DNA of 64,000 nucleotides from positions 1,913 through 65,912 of the forward strand of contig CAYFME010000008.1 in NCBI GenBank assembly GCA_964344145.1, written 5' to 3'. Below, piece by piece: positions 47,400 through 59,340 of the stretch. The stretch comes from an uncultured Gammaproteobacteria bacterium. GTDB lineage: Bacteria > Patescibacteriota > Patescibacteriia > UBA9934. Below the pieces are notes generated by a model. It saw only the letters and a program-made list of their open reading frames with translations, was not told the origin of the DNA and searched no databases. The position numbers and the translations under genes were made by a program. Each line of letters begins with the position of its first letter. The stretch's first letter is position 1.

Positions 47400-49247
47400 T
47401 CACGCGCCGGCGATTTGCATCTTCGGCGCTTTCTTTGCTGGGCCGACCAGCTCTTCAAATTCTTCTTTCTCGATCGTCTCCTTCTCAAGCAGGGTGCCGA
47501 CAATCGTATCGATTTTCTCGCGGTTCGTGCGGATAATTTCCTTTGCCGTTTTCAGCGCACTGTTGACCAGTCCGAGGATCTCCTCATCGATCTCTTCGGC
47601 CGCCTTGTCGGAGTAGTCGCGTTTCGCTCCCATGTCTTTTCCAAGGAACACGAGGTCATCGCGCTGTCCGTAGGTACGAGGTCCCATCTTCTCGCTCATT
47701 CCAAATCGGGTAACGATGTTGCGCGCGAGCTTGGTTGCCTTCTCCAGGTCGCTCGATGGTCCGGTGGTGATGTCGCCAAAGATTTCCTTCTCAGCGGCGT
47801 AGCCTCCGAGCATCATGGCCATCTCTTCGATGTATTCCTGACGGAAGTGCATCTTCTTGTCTTCCGCCGGCAAGCTCATGGTATAGCCGCCTGCCATGCC
47901 GCGGGAGATGATCGAGACTTTGTGAACTTCATCGCAGTGCGGCAGCATGTGACCAACGATAGCGTGTCCCGCCTCGTGATACGCCGTGAGCGTGCGTTCG
48001 TCCTCTGTTTTAATATGACTCTTGCGCTCTGGTCCAAGCATGACTTTTTCAATGGCTTCGAGCAGATCAGCTTGAGCCGTCTTCTTCTTGTTTTGTCGTG
48101 CGGCAAGGATCGCTCCTTCGTTCATGATATTCATCAAGTCGGCTCCGGAGAACCCAACCGTGCGCTCGGCAATGCGCTTCAAGTTTACATCGCCTTCAAG
48201 CGGCTTGTCCTTGGCGTGGATGTTGAGAATCTCTTCACGATCTTGGCGTGATGGAAGGTCCAACGTCACACGACGGTCAAATCGTCCTGGGCGCAGCAAT
48301 GCTGGATCAAGAACATCTGGTCGGTTGGTTGCGGCAACGACGATCACACCAGCGTTTGGATCAAAGCCGTCCATCTCAACGAGGATTTGGTTCAAGGTTT
48401 GCTCACGCTCATCATGCCCTCCACCAAGACCCGTTCCACGCTGACGTCCAACCGCATCGATCTCGTCAATAAAGATGATGCATGGCGCTGCCTTCTTGGC
48501 TTTGGTAAAGAGGTCACGCACGCGGCTAGCACCCACACCCACGAACATCTCCACGAACTCAGAACCAGAAATGTGGAAGAACGGGGCGTTTGCTTCACCA
48601 GCGATGGCGCGGGCCAAAAGCGTCTTACCCGTTCCGGGAGGACCCATGAGCAGTACACCCTTTGGAATCTTTGCACCGACCTCGGTGAACTTCTTTGGGT
48701 TTTTGAGAAAGTCGACGATCTCGGACACCTCTTCCTTTACTTCCTTAGCACCGGCAACGTCTTTAAAAGTAACTTTGTTCTTCTTGTTGGTCACCTCGCG
48801 TGCTTTTGATTGTCCGAATGACAACGCGCGGTTGTTAGCACCCTGCATCTGATTCATCAGGAACCAGAAGATCAGGACGAATCCGACCAAGAAGATGATT
48901 GTCGGTAAGATGCTTTTGAGCAGTGATACAAATACGCTCGGCTCAACAACTTCAACATTGATGGCTGCGAGTTGTTCAGCTGTAACGCCGTAGTTGGTTA
49001 GAAGATCTGAGAGAGCTTCGCCGGATTCTTTCTTTACGGTGAATTCGGTTTCGTCGGCTGTGAAGACAGAAAGGGTATCCTCGCGAACTTCGATCTTGGT
49101 GACTTCCTCAGCTGTGATCTTCTCCACGAGCGTGGAGGTACCGATGGTTTCAGGCTTGTCGTCGGTGATGCTGTATTGGGAGAAAATGAGCCCCAGGGCA
49201 ATGACAACGAGTAGTCCGATGATGATGTTTTTTGAGAGTGGCTTCAT
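47400..49247 (-). CDS. ftsH: ATP-dependent zinc metalloprotease FtsH
   Basis: AAA Walker [22 protein letters not shown], and zinc motif HEAGHAIVG; start MKPLSKN at 49247 (TM follows); the ORF extends to 49340. Confidence 0.9.
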   Translation of the reverse strand: MKPLSKNIIIGLLVVIALGLIFSQYSITDDKPETIGTSTLVEKITAEEVTKIEVREDTLSVFTADETEFTVKKESGEALSDLLTNYGVTAEQLAAINVEVVEPSVFVSLLKSILPTIIFLVGFVLIFWFLMNQMQGANNRALSFGQSKAREVTNKKNKVTFKDVAGAKEVKEEVSEIVDFLKNPKKFTEVGAKIPKGVLLMGPPGTGKTLLARAIAGEANAPFFHISGSEFVEMFVGVGASRVRDLFTKAKKAAPCIIFIDEIDAVGRQRGTGLGGGHDEREQTLNQILVEMDGFDPNAGVIVVAATNRPDVLDPALLRPGRFDRRVTLDLPSRQDREEILNIHAKDKPLEGDVNLKRIAERTVGFSGADLMNIMNEGAILAARQNKKKTAQADLLEAIEKVMLGPERKSHIKTEDERTLTAYHEAGHAIVGHMLPHCDEVHKVSIISRGMAGGYTMSLPAEDKKMHFRQEYIEEMAMMLGGYAAEKEIFGDITTGPSSDLEKATKLARNIVTRFGMSEKMGPRTYGQRDDLVFLGKDMGAKRDYSDKAAEEIDEEILGLVNSALKTAKEIIRTNREKIDTIVGTLLEKETIEKEEFEELVGPAKKAPKMQIAGA

Positions 49248-49704
49248 AGAAGGACTAACCCATTTGGGCCATTTTCGGTTTATGGAGCCTCTGTTTGACC
49301 TCGCCGTACGTATCAGTACGCCTCGGCCAAACATCTCCATGCACCGAAACTGTCACCAAATGTGTACGTCCTGCGGTAGTTCGCAGAGCGTGTTTCTTAA
49401 CGCGTGTGATTGTGGCACAGAGGGGCAATGGTGTCAATCATGAATGTTGTGTCATTCCGACCGACCGAGCGTTAGCGAGGGAGTGGAGGAATCTCCGTGG
49501 ATGCGACACGGTCCCATAATTTAACCGATCGGTGAAGTTATGGGATGTAAGTTTATGCGGCGGATTTCGCACGATCGTTCAAAATTCGCCGCAAAAGGAA
49601 TATCATTGCAGGATGGTCGTATACTTTTTGCACCCTCGCACAGAAAGCACGATGCCCCGCCGCCTGGCGTTCCAGGGGCGGGGCGTTCACGATGTCGCTC
49701 GGCG

Positions 49705-51150
49705 CTAGTGGCCGAAGCGGCGCACCGAGAGGGTGCCGTAGCCGATGTGGCGGACGGTCACGTAGCCGAAGCGGCCGGCGTAGACGACGTCCTTCTTCTC
49801 GACGTTGCCGCAGAGTCCACCTTGCGTGATCTGTCGGTTGATCTCGCGACCGTCGGCCGTGGGATCGATGACGAACAGGAGCGTGCCGCGCGCGTCCCAG
49901 TGCTCGAAGGCGAGGCGGTTGTGGCACTTGGCCGGGCGGATGGCGTTGTTGACGTCGTGCAGAGCCACGCGCACCGTGAGCCACTGTTCGAAGTCGTGCC
50001 GCTGACCGTCGCGATCGAAGATCATCAGCTCGTTGTCCAGGCGCTCGTCGCCGCCACGCTCGGTGTAGGCGACCAGGTGCGTGTTGCCGAAGACGAAGAG
50101 CTCGCGCACGACGCAGTCTTCGTACCAGTCCGTCGCCCAGTCGCTGCCGGGCGAGACCAAGCGCCAGCGAGAGACGTTGCCGCCCTGGAATTCCTCCTCG
50201 ACGACGATGTCTCGCTCGCCCATGCGGGTCGCCTTGAGCATCGCGAACTGGAAGGTGTCACCGCGGGCGACGACTTCGGTGGCCGCCGGGATTCCCCAGT
50301 AGCGCCAGCGCAGGATCTCCGGAATGCCGTCGTCCATGCGGTGCTCGAGGAAGGTCATCTCGCCGTCGTGGTGGACACGGATGCTCGGAAGGATGGGCTG
50401 GTGTACCTCGTCGGTGATGCGTGATCCCCAGCGCAGGCGTCCGACGCTGGAACGGTAGCGCGTACCCATCAGCCAGAGGGGCTTGTTGTAGAAGTGACCG
50501 ATGCAGCAGACCTCTACGCCATCGGGCGTACGGTCCATGGACATGAGCTGTCCGCCAGAGGCGATCTTGACGTGGATCGCATGCCAGTCCATGCGTTCGT
50601 CGCTGGGCGGGCAGGGCAAGACGAAGGACTCGACACCCTCTGCGCGCCAGTGGACAAGGGGGCTGTCCTCCAGTCGACGAGAGAACTCGCGGAGCTCTTC
50701 CTCTTCGAACTCACCTCCGTCTCGGTTGGCGATCACCGCCTCGCCCGCGCCGTAGCGCAAGCGCAGGCTCTCGCCCTTCTCGGCGATGACCCAGAAGAGC
50801 AGGGTGAGGTTGCCCAGGGCGTCGAACTCCATGCGTTCGATCCATCCTTCATCGCGCTCGCCGAAGACCTCCTTCCACGACGTCGGATCGAAGAGGGTGC
50901 CCAGCAGCACCACCGTGGAGTTACCTCCGCTGTCGCGCCGACCCGCCACGGCGATCTTTCCGGTGGGCGAGATCTGGATGTCGTTGATGGTCTGCAGCGG
51001 GCACTCGAAGCGGCCGACCTCGCCGCGCTCGTAGTCGAGCTCGGTGGGGGCGCCCTGCGCGGCCTTGATGGCGCGCGCGACGTCCTCCTTGCTGCAGTCT
51101 CCCTTGCCGACGGTGGTCATCAGCTTCTCGTAGAGTCCTTTCCAGGACAT
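49705..51150 (-). CDS. Hypothetical protein (481 aa; 63% GC)
   Basis: ATG 51150; no signal peptide; no family recognised. Confidence 0.5.
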   Translation of the reverse strand: MSWKGLYEKLMTTVGKGDCSKEDVARAIKAAQGAPTELDYERGEVGRFECPLQTINDIQISPTGKIAVAGRRDSGGNSTVVLLGTLFDPTSWKEVFGERDEGWIERMEFDALGNLTLLFWVIAEKGESLRLRYGAGEAVIANRDGGEFEEEELREFSRRLEDSPLVHWRAEGVESFVLPCPPSDERMDWHAIHVKIASGGQLMSMDRTPDGVEVCCIGHFYNKPLWLMGTRYRSSVGRLRWGSRITDEVHQPILPSIRVHHDGEMTFLEHRMDDGIPEILRWRYWGIPAATEVVARGDTFQFAMLKATRMGERDIVVEEEFQGGNVSRWRLVSPGSDWATDWYEDCVVRELFVFGNTHLVAYTERGGDERLDNELMIFDRDGQRHDFEQWLTVRVALHDVNNAIRPAKCHNRLAFEHWDARGTLLFVIDPTADGREINRQITQGGLCGNVEKKDVVYAGRFGYVTVRHIGYGTLSVRRFGH

Positions 51151-51426
51151 GGCTGTTCTCGTTGTCAGTGTCGAACGAGCAGGATCCGAACGCCCAGGTA
51201 TCATTACCTGAAACGCCCTTGGCTCCTCGCCGACGTACGTGCCGCCTGCCTGCCGGAAGGCTGGCGTGAGCGACACGGTAAGTTTGCATGAAAATATAGA
51301 TCTGTCAATGCTAACCACCCCTAACCCCTCCTTGAAAAGGAGGGGGACCGGAGTAACGAAAAACACGACTCATTTGAGTCGCGTTTTTCTCCGCGGGCAT
51401 CTGCTCGACATCCGCGAACATCTATA

Positions 51427-52647
51427 CTACTGAATCGCTGGTTCCTTTTCTTCCGCTTTCTCCGCAGCCTCCCCCTGCCCCTCCATAACTGGAGGGGTGT
51501 CTCCTTGTGACTCCTCTTCAGCTGCTGGCTCACTCTTGGCATTCATAGCCTTGAGCGAGAGACCGAGTCGGTGTTGATCAGGCTCGATGGAAACAATCTT
51601 GAACTCCCTCTTCTCACCAGACTTACCAATCGTCTTTGGATCACTCACCGGCTTGTCGGAGAGCTCACTGACGTGGGCAAGACCGTGGATGTCGGCATCC
51701 AGCTCAACGAAGAATCCAAATGGGTTGACCTTCAAGATCGTTCCTTCAACAACATCACCAACCTTGTACTTCTTCTCAACATCCTTCCAAGGGTCATCGA
51801 TCAACTTCTTCATAGAGAGGAAGATTTTTGATCCTTCAATGCCGATGATCTGCGCCTTCACGGTTTGGTGTGGCTTGAGCAAGTCCTTTGGATGATCAAT
51901 GCGCTGCCAAGCGATCTCGGAGATGTGCACCAGACCTTCAAGCGCGGTTGCATCGTCACCTTCAGGATAGAACTTCACGAACGCTCCGAAGTCAGCCAAT
52001 GCCGTGATCTCACCTTCGATCGTCTGACCAACCTTGATTTGATCAATAATGTTCTTCTGCTCAGATTCCCAAACGGACTTCTCAGACACGATCAGCTTTT
52101 CATCCGTCTCGTTGAGGTCCAGGATTTTTACACGTAGCTTCTGACCAACAAACTCCTTGAGCTTGTCGAGAATCTTCTGCTTGTCACCACCGCTCACACG
52201 AGGATAGTGCTCAGGTGCCAACTGTGAGACCGGCAAGAAGCCTTGCAAGTGGCGGACCTTCATAATCAGACCACCCTTGTTGGCATCGAGGACCTTTGCC
52301 TCAATGATCTCACCTTCAGAAAGTTGGGTTCGCATTTCTTCCCATGCCTTCTTGTTGCCGGCGTAGCGGAAGGACAGCTCAACTTCACCGTTTTCGTTCT
52401 CAAGATCGATGACGGTTGCCTCGACCTTGTCGCCTGCCTTGAGGTTGGCGTAGTCGCCACTCTCGGTGAAGAGCTCCTTTCCACGAACGACACCGGTGGT
52501 CAGACCGTTGACGTCCAACCGGATCTCGCGACCCTGGGTGGAGAGGACGGTAGCGGAAATTAAATCACCCAGCGCGGGGACGGCTAGGTACTGCTCTTGC
52601 TCCTCAAGCAACTTCTGGAGCTCGGAATTGGTTGTTACATCACTCAT
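51427..52647 (-). CDS. rpsA: 30S ribosomal protein S1 (multi-S1-domain)
   Basis: Repeated S1 OB-fold motifs (G.KV.G.V, GLLH.SE.); start MSDVTT at 52647. Confidence 0.85.
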   Translation of the reverse strand: MSDVTTNSELQKLLEEQEQYLAVPALGDLISATVLSTQGREIRLDVNGLTTGVVRGKELFTESGDYANLKAGDKVEATVIDLENENGEVELSFRYAGNKKAWEEMRTQLSEGEIIEAKVLDANKGGLIMKVRHLQGFLPVSQLAPEHYPRVSGGDKQKILDKLKEFVGQKLRVKILDLNETDEKLIVSEKSVWESEQKNIIDQIKVGQTIEGEITALADFGAFVKFYPEGDDATALEGLVHISEIAWQRIDHPKDLLKPHQTVKAQIIGIEGSKIFLSMKKLIDDPWKDVEKKYKVGDVVEGTILKVNPFGFFVELDADIHGLAHVSELSDKPVSDPKTIGKSGEKREFKIVSIEPDQHRLGLSLKAMNAKSEPAAEEESQGDTPPVMEGQGEAAEKAEEKEPAIQ

Positions 52648-52746
52648 AGATATTCCTGACGGCGTTTTGTCTTGAAACAAGACGCTAGGCCTTCAGGTGC
52701 TAAGAATTAGAAAGCGTGAGAAGTGTAGATAATCGGCGAAGATTTG

Positions 52747-54774
52747 TCAAGAATAGGCTTGGATAATGCTGGATTTGATGAGATTGTTGCTTGCTTCATT
52801 TGGAAGGGTAACGTGCATACCTTCGTGAGCTTCCATCGCGCGCTTGGCTGCAAAGACCGCGCCTTTGTTTCGTGCCCAAGCGCGTCGTGCGAGACCGTTT
52901 GAGACATCCCAAGCAAGCATGCTCTCAATGCGCCGATCGCAGGCCTGACCACCGTCGAGCACCATGCCAAAGCCACCGTTGACGACTTCGCCCCAGCCTA
53001 CGCCTCCACCGTTGTGCAGGCTCACCCACGTTGCGCCACGGAAGGCATCGCCAATCACATTATGCACGGCCATGTCGGCACACAGGTTGCTGCCGTCGGT
53101 GATGTTTGCTGTCTCACGGTACGGCGAGTCGGTTCCAGAGACGTCGTGATGATCGCGACCGAGCACGATCGGTGCTGAGATCTCACCATCGCGTACGGCC
53201 TTGTTGAAGGCACGAGCAATGCGTCGGCGCCCTTTTTCATCCGAGTACAAGATGCGCGCTTGTGATCCAACGGTCATCTGATTGCGCTCCGCTTCTTCAA
53301 TCCACTTGAGGTTGTCCATGAGTTGCTGGCGTGTTTCTTGCGGTGCTGTGGCGAGCATTTCGCGGATAACACGCGCGGCGATCTGATCGGTCATCCGTAG
53401 ATCCTCGATCGACCCACTTGTGCAGACCCAACGGAATGGGCCAAAGCCATAGTCAAAACACATCGGTCCCATGATGTCCTCAACGTACGATGGATAACGG
53501 AAACTGCCGTCGGGATTGGTGATGTCCGCACCTGCACGCTTGGATTGCAGAAGGAAGGCGTTGCCGTAGTCCCAGAAATACATGCCGCGCTCGCACATCG
53601 CATTGATAGCCTGCGCCTGTCGACGCAGCGAATCGTCAACGCGCTGCTTAAACATCTCCGGGTTGTTGCTCATCATCTGGTTCGCTTCCTCAAAGGTCAT
53701 CCCAGCTGGGTAGTAGCCGCCAGCGTAGGGATTGTGAAGCGAAGTTTGGTCTGATCCAAGATCGATCTGCACGTTATTGCGCACTAAATGCTCCCATAGA
53801 TCGACAATGTTGCCTTGGTAGCCAAGCGAGAGCGGCTCTTTGGCAGCGCGCGCTTGCTCAATGCGCGCAACGACGCGATCGAGATCGGTCTCGACTTCCT
53901 GCAACCACCCCTGTTCTTTGCGACGAGCGATAGCTTTTGGATTGATCTCCGCAATAACGCCAATCGCTCCAGCAATGACGGCTGCCTTTGCCTGTGCGCC
54001 ACTCATGCCTCCAAGACCGGAGGTCACATACACGCGTCCCTTCAGTCCCTCTTCTTCAGATGTTTGTAGATATTTGCGCCCGGCATTCATCAGCGTGATC
54101 GTCGTACCGTGCACGATGCCTTGCGGGCCGATATACATAAAGCTTCCAGCCGTCATCTGACCGTAGGAGGTTGCACCAAGGGCGGCGATACGTTCGTAGT
54201 CATCAGGCGAGCTGTAGTTGGGGATCATCATGCCGCAGGTAAGCACGAGTCGCGGTGCGTCGGGATGCGATGGGAAGAGCCCGAGTGGGTGACCAGAGTA
54301 AAGAACAAGCGTTTGGTTCTCCGTCATCTCAGAGAGATATTTCATGGTTAGCAAATACTGTGCCCAGTTTTGAAAGACGGTTCCATTACCTCCGTAGGTG
54401 ATGAGTTCGTGTGGGTGCTGTGCGACCGCAGGATCGAGATTGTTCTGGATCATCATCATGATCGATGCCGCTTGGCGAGAGTTGGCTGGATAGGCATCGA
54501 TGGGACGAGCGAACATGTCATACGTTGGACGAAAGCGACGCATGTAGATGCGACCGTCGCGTGCGAGCTCGGCAGCGAACTCGGGCGCGAGGGTTTCGTG
54601 CATGCTCGACGGGAAGTAGCGAAGCGCGTTGCGAAGCGCCAGTTCTTTCTCATTAACACTCAGAACTTGTCGTCGCGGCGGCGCATGGTTTACGCCTACT
54701 TCTTCTGGTGGCATGGACGGGAGCGTACTTGGGATCCCCTGACGAAGAGCTTCTTGAAAGGCATCGTTGTTCAT
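52747..54774 (-). CDS. hutU: Urocanate hydratase (urocanase), 675 aa
   Basis: ELITYGGNG and NAD-binding VTSGLGGMSGAQAKAAVIAG motifs. Confidence 0.85.
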   Translation of the reverse strand: MNNDAFQEALRQGIPSTLPSMPPEEVGVNHAPPRRQVLSVNEKELALRNALRYFPSSMHETLAPEFAAELARDGRIYMRRFRPTYDMFARPIDAYPANSRQAASIMMMIQNNLDPAVAQHPHELITYGGNGTVFQNWAQYLLTMKYLSEMTENQTLVLYSGHPLGLFPSHPDAPRLVLTCGMMIPNYSSPDDYERIAALGATSYGQMTAGSFMYIGPQGIVHGTTITLMNAGRKYLQTSEEEGLKGRVYVTSGLGGMSGAQAKAAVIAGAIGVIAEINPKAIARRKEQGWLQEVETDLDRVVARIEQARAAKEPLSLGYQGNIVDLWEHLVRNNVQIDLGSDQTSLHNPYAGGYYPAGMTFEEANQMMSNNPEMFKQRVDDSLRRQAQAINAMCERGMYFWDYGNAFLLQSKRAGADITNPDGSFRYPSYVEDIMGPMCFDYGFGPFRWVCTSGSIEDLRMTDQIAARVIREMLATAPQETRQQLMDNLKWIEEAERNQMTVGSQARILYSDEKGRRRIARAFNKAVRDGEISAPIVLGRDHHDVSGTDSPYRETANITDGSNLCADMAVHNVIGDAFRGATWVSLHNGGGVGWGEVVNGGFGMVLDGGQACDRRIESMLAWDVSNGLARRAWARNKGAVFAAKRAMEAHEGMHVTLPNEASNNLIKSSIIQAYS

Positions 54775-54839
54775 ATGGACCTATCTTTGCTGTCTCGCCG
54801 AGCTCTGTCAACATGCACCGTGTGTTATCATAATGACGT

Positions 54840-55523
54840 ATGCAACATCCCCATCAATCTTTTTTGAATCAGTTCCAGATCGCTATCGACAAGCTCGTGC
54901 CGCTCACGCCCGAGGAGGTGATTGAGGAGGCCAAGAAGCTTCACAAGGAGCTTTCCGAGAATGTCGAATCATCCGATAAGCAGATCCATCAGGCGCTCTC
55001 GCTCATCGGTCGCAAGGAATATCCGTATCGCAAGGCGTATGAGGAGTTGTGCGCGGGTGATGAAGAGCAGCGGTTGCAGGCGGCGGTGTTTGATCGCCTC
55101 GAAGATAGCGTGAAGCGCAAGGTGCAGGAGATGACCAAGCATGGCGTGATTTTGGAGGACTATGTGAGGAGTCCATTGTTTGACGACCAGCTCGGTGCCG
55201 ACGAGCGGTATCAAGTGGAGCAGGCGATTTTGTTGTGCGATGAGGTGCTCGATAATCAATGTGACGAGCGTGCGCATGCGCGTGCGAAAAAGTATGAGGA
55301 GCTGGTTGAGCATTGGACAAAAGAGGCCGCGCGGCTGCAGGGAATGATCGATCGCCTGCGCTCGATGGGGCAGGAGGATCGCCAGTGGCAGGGCGAAATC
55401 GACTCGGTATGCGATAGGCTTGAAGAGGGATGGTCTGTGGTGGAACGAGATCCATCTGAGGAAGAGATTGTGAAAGAAATGGAGTACTGGAATACGGTCC
55501 TACACGAGGCGGATGACGTGTAG
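54840..55523 (+). CDS. Hypothetical coiled-coil protein
   Basis: ORF with charged coiled-coil character; no family recognised. Confidence 0.45.
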   Translation: MQHPHQSFLNQFQIAIDKLVPLTPEEVIEEAKKLHKELSENVESSDKQIHQALSLIGRKEYPYRKAYEELCAGDEEQRLQAAVFDRLEDSVKRKVQEMTKHGVILEDYVRSPLFDDQLGADERYQVEQAILLCDEVLDNQCDERAHARAKKYEELVEHWTKEAARLQGMIDRLRSMGQEDRQWQGEIDSVCDRLEEGWSVVERDPSEEEIVKEMEYWNTVLHEADDV

Positions 55524-55558
55524 ACAAAGACGCAATTCGTTGATAAAATACGGACGTT

Positions 55559-56209
55559 ATGAAAATCTCTTGGAATGGACTCGGAAGCGTTACGATCACC
55601 GGAAAACCGGTTGAAGGGGAGGTCACGCTGGTCACAAATCCTTATCAAAACAGCACCGGATTGCGCTTTGCTCGTACCCTCAAGGCAAGCGTGGTCGTGA
55701 GCTCTCACGACAGTCCAGAGGCAGACAATCTTGAGGCGGTGGCAGGCGAAGGGCAAAACAGCACACTGTTTGTTGTACGGTATGCAGGTGAGTTTGAGGT
55801 GCGCGGCATCTTTGTCACCGGCATCTCCACGCCACTGAAGGACAAGACACCGCACACCATCTATCGATTTGATCTCGAGGGAATGGCAGTAGGATTTTTG
55901 GGAGCTCTTGATCGACCGCTAACGGACAAAGAAGTAGAACAGCTCGGATCAATCGACGTTCTGCTTGTCCCATCAGGCGGAGGAAGTGTGTTGGACGCAA
56001 AGGGCGCCGCGGAAGTGGTCGCACAAGTCGAGCCACGGATGGTCATTCCAACCTACGTTCACGCAAAGGGGCAGAAGTCCAAAGCATCAGGTCCCGAAGG
56101 GATTTGCAAAGAACTCGCGTGTGCACGCGAGGACGTCAATACATTGAAGCTGAAAAAATCCGCCCTGCCTGTTGAAGACATGCAGATCGCTGTGTTAAGT
56201 CGAAGTTAA
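55559..56209 (+). CDS. Hypothetical protein (possible degenerate metallo-beta-lactamase-fold)
   Basis: VVVSSHDSPEAD and LLVPSGGG segments; weak. Confidence 0.4.
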   Translation: MKISWNGLGSVTITGKPVEGEVTLVTNPYQNSTGLRFARTLKASVVVSSHDSPEADNLEAVAGEGQNSTLFVVRYAGEFEVRGIFVTGISTPLKDKTPHTIYRFDLEGMAVGFLGALDRPLTDKEVEQLGSIDVLLVPSGGGSVLDAKGAAEVVAQVEPRMVIPTYVHAKGQKSKASGPEGICKELACAREDVNTLKLKKSALPVEDMQIAVLSRS

Positions 56210-56218
56210 ATCGTTTGT

Positions 56219-56617
56219 ATGCACGTCATCAAAGACCCAAAGCACGTTCATAAGCATCGTCTGGTGATGATCTTTACGTTCATCGGCATTCTGATTGTGT
56301 TTGGCGTGTGGGCTGTGCAGCTCAAGCAGATGTTTGCCCAGGAGGCGGCTGAGGAGTTGGTGCAGGGTGCGGATGACGAGACGACGGCTGCGGCTCAGAA
56401 CTACATTGATCAGCTTGATGTCCTTGTTCCTGGCATCGAGGCGACGTTTGGGGATGTTATTCGCGCGCAAGAGGAAGAAGTTGCAAAGCTCCAGGCGCAG
56501 CAGGACAGTGAGAATCTTCTCGCTGAGGAGTTGATGAAACGATTTGAGCAAAAGGCACAAGAGGAAGCGGCTGCGGAAGAAGCGGCGGCTCTTGAAGGTG
56601 AGGGGGTCATCGAATAA
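56219..56617 (+). CDS. Small membrane-anchored protein, translationally coupled to gyrA
   Basis: [21 protein letters not shown]; stop 3 nt before the gyrA ATG. Confidence 0.45.
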   Translation: MHVIKDPKHVHKHRLVMIFTFIGILIVFGVWAVQLKQMFAQEAAEELVQGADDETTAAAQNYIDQLDVLVPGIEATFGDVIRAQEEEVAKLQAQQDSENLLAEELMKRFEQKAQEEAAAEEAAALEGEGVIE

Positions 56618-56619
56618 CT

Positions 56620-59235
56620 ATGGCGAAAAAGCAAGCGGCAGAAGAACCATCGGCAAATCCGATCGGGCAGATCCTTCAACAAGGTATTACAGATGAGATG
56701 AAGCGCGCGTACTTGGATTACGCGATGTCTGTGATTGTTTCGCGTGCTCTTCCTGACGTCCGCGACGGGCTAAAGCCTGTTCAGCGGCGTATTTTGTATG
56801 CGATGTGGTCGATTGGTCTGCGCGCCAACGCCAAGTTCCGCAAGTCAGCGAATGTCGTCGGTGAAGTGATGGCAAAGTACCACCCGCACGGTGACTCTTC
56901 GATCTACGAAGCCATGGTTCGCATGGCGCAGGACTTCTCCTATCGTCACGAGCTTGTGAAGGGTCAGGGAAACTTCGGTTCCATGGACGGCGATGCGGCT
57001 GCTGCTATGCGTTACACCGAGGCGAAGCTGCAAGCGATTGCCGAGGAGTTGCTTTTGGATATTGAACGAAACACGGTTGACTTTAGACCAAACTACGATG
57101 GCTCTCACAAAGAACCATCCGTGCTGCCCGGGAAGCTGCCGAATTTGTTGCTCAACGGTACGCTTGGTATTGCCGTTGGAATGGCAACAAATATTCCTCC
57201 GCACAACCTGCGTGAGATTGGGGCGGCGATTTTGACGTTGATTGATAATCCTGATGCCACGCTTGCGGATCTGCTTGAGCATGTGAAGGGACCAGATTTT
57301 CCAACCGGAGCCATTGCGTACGGCCAGAAAGATATTCAGGCGGCGTATGCAACGGGCCGTGGAGGTGTGGTGGTGCGCGCGGCGGCTGAGATCGTTGAAG
57401 GGAAGAAGGGGTCCTTTAAGATTGTGGTCAGCGAGATCCCATACATGGTCAACAAAGCATCGATGCTCGAGAAGATTGCTGACTTGGTTCGTTCCAAAAG
57501 GATCGACGGGATTAAGGATTTGCGTGATGAGTCTTCAAAGGAGGGCGTTCGCGTTGTCGTTGAGTTGAAGAAGGATGCGTATCCGCGCAAGGTGTTGAAT
57601 CGACTGTATCAGATGACGCAGTTACAAACGTCCTTCCACTACAACATGGTATGTTTGGTTGAAGAAGGTCGCCAACCACGCACCTTGAACTTGCAGATGA
57701 TTCTTGAGGAGTATATCAAGCATCGCCAGAACGTCGTACGACGTCGCACCGAGTTTGATTTAACGAAGGCTCAGGAGCGTGCACACATTTTGGAAGGACT
57801 GCGCATTGCCCTTGCGAAGATCGACAAGGTCATCGCAACGATCAAGAAGTCGAAGGATAAGGATATTGCCCGCGCGAATCTGATGAAGGCGTTTAAGATG
57901 AGTGAGCGCCAGGCAGTGGCGATTCTGGAGATGCGTTTGCAAAGCTTGGCAAACCTGGAGCAGTTGAAGATTGAGCAGGAGTATAAGGAGAAGATGAAGC
58001 TTATTAAGGAGCTTGAATCGATTTTGAAGTCCAAGAAGAAGATGATGGGCGTGATTCGCTCAGAGCTTGAAGAGGTCATCGAGAAATACGGTCAGGATCG
58101 TCGCACGAAGATTGTGAAGGCTGGCGTGAAGGATTTCTCCATGGAGGACGTCATCGCGGACGAGCAAACGATTGTGATGATGACCAAGGATGGTTACATC
58201 AAGCGCATCGCACCCGACACCTTCAAGACACAGACGCGTGGCGGGAAGGGTGTGGTTGGTCTTACGACAAAAGAAGCCGACACCGTTGAGGATATTTTCT
58301 CCACCACGACGCATCAGGACATCATGTTCTTCACGTCCCGTGGGCGCGTGTTCAAGCTGAAGGTGTATGAGATTCCAGAGACGTCTCGAACGGCCAAGGG
58401 TCAGGCGATTGTGAACTTCTTGCAGTTGGCTCCAGGTGAGACGGTCACGACAACGATGAAGTCGAATGATTTGGAGAACGCCAAGTACATCTGCATGGTG
58501 ACAAAGAACGGTACGGTGAAGAAGACCGACATCGCTGATTTTGAGAATGTCCGCCGTACAGGATTGATTGCGATCAAGCTGAAGAACGGTGATGCTCTTG
58601 AGTGGGTGCGTACAACCAGCGGAAAGGACGAGATTATTTTGGCAACAGCGCGTGGAATGGCCATTCGGTTCACCGAGGGTGACGTGCGTCCGATGGGGCG
58701 TGTCGCATCTGGTGTGCGTGGAATCAAAATGAAGGGGGAGGATCACGTGGTTGGAATGGGTGTGGTTACAAAGGATGAGACCAGCGATCAGTTTATGGTC
58801 ATCACGCAAAACGGGTACGGAAAGCGAACGGCGCTCAGGGAGTACAACGTGCAGAAGCGTGGCGGACTTGGTGTGCGCACAGCAAAGATTACAGACAAGA
58901 CCGGAGCGATTGTCACTGGACGCATTGTGAAGCCAAAGGACACGCGCGATTTGCTTGTGATCTCTTCGGGAGGGCAGGTGATCCGCATGGCGGTGAAATC
59001 TATCTCGTCGCTTGGGCGAGCAACGCAAGGTGTGCGCGTGATGCGGTTTAAGAAGAGTGGCGATCAGGTTTCCAGCGTGGCCTTTGTTGAAAACGGTGCC
59101 AAAGAAGTCGAAGTGCCTGTTGTAGAAGAAAAGAAGCCTGAGAAGAAGCCGGTGGTCAAGGAAAAGAAGAAAGCACCGGCAAAGAAAAAGGCCGTGAAGA
59201 AGAAACCCGCAGCAAAGAAGAGAAAGAAAAAGTAA
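56620..59235 (+). CDS. gyrA: DNA gyrase subunit A with Lys-rich C-terminal tail
   Basis: [28 protein letters not shown]; active-site Tyr region; the C-terminal tail is [34 protein letters not shown]. Confidence 0.95.
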   Translation: MAKKQAAEEPSANPIGQILQQGITDEMKRAYLDYAMSVIVSRALPDVRDGLKPVQRRILYAMWSIGLRANAKFRKSANVVGEVMAKYHPHGDSSIYEAMVRMAQDFSYRHELVKGQGNFGSMDGDAAAAMRYTEAKLQAIAEELLLDIERNTVDFRPNYDGSHKEPSVLPGKLPNLLLNGTLGIAVGMATNIPPHNLREIGAAILTLIDNPDATLADLLEHVKGPDFPTGAIAYGQKDIQAAYATGRGGVVVRAAAEIVEGKKGSFKIVVSEIPYMVNKASMLEKIADLVRSKRIDGIKDLRDESSKEGVRVVVELKKDAYPRKVLNRLYQMTQLQTSFHYNMVCLVEEGRQPRTLNLQMILEEYIKHRQNVVRRRTEFDLTKAQERAHILEGLRIALAKIDKVIATIKKSKDKDIARANLMKAFKMSERQAVAILEMRLQSLANLEQLKIEQEYKEKMKLIKELESILKSKKKMMGVIRSELEEVIEKYGQDRRTKIVKAGVKDFSMEDVIADEQTIVMMTKDGYIKRIAPDTFKTQTRGGKGVVGLTTKEADTVEDIFSTTTHQDIMFFTSRGRVFKLKVYEIPETSRTAKGQAIVNFLQLAPGETVTTTMKSNDLENAKYICMVTKNGTVKKTDIADFENVRRTGLIAIKLKNGDALEWVRTTSGKDEIILATARGMAIRFTEGDVRPMGRVASGVRGIKMKGEDHVVGMGVVTKDETSDQFMVITQNGYGKRTALREYNVQKRGGLGVRTAKITDKTGAIVTGRIVKPKDTRDLLVISSGGQVIRMAVKSISSLGRATQGVRVMRFKKSGDQVSSVAFVENGAKEVEVPVVEEKKPEKKPVVKEKKKAPAKKKAVKKKPAAKKRKKK

Positions 59236-59340
59236 GTTAGATGCACAGCACCCGCTCCGGCGTTCCGGGGCGGGCGTTTGAGGTTGACCGTCCGTGTCTT
59301 CGTTGCCGGCGCGCGGCAGCGATTACAGAGAGTGTCAACG

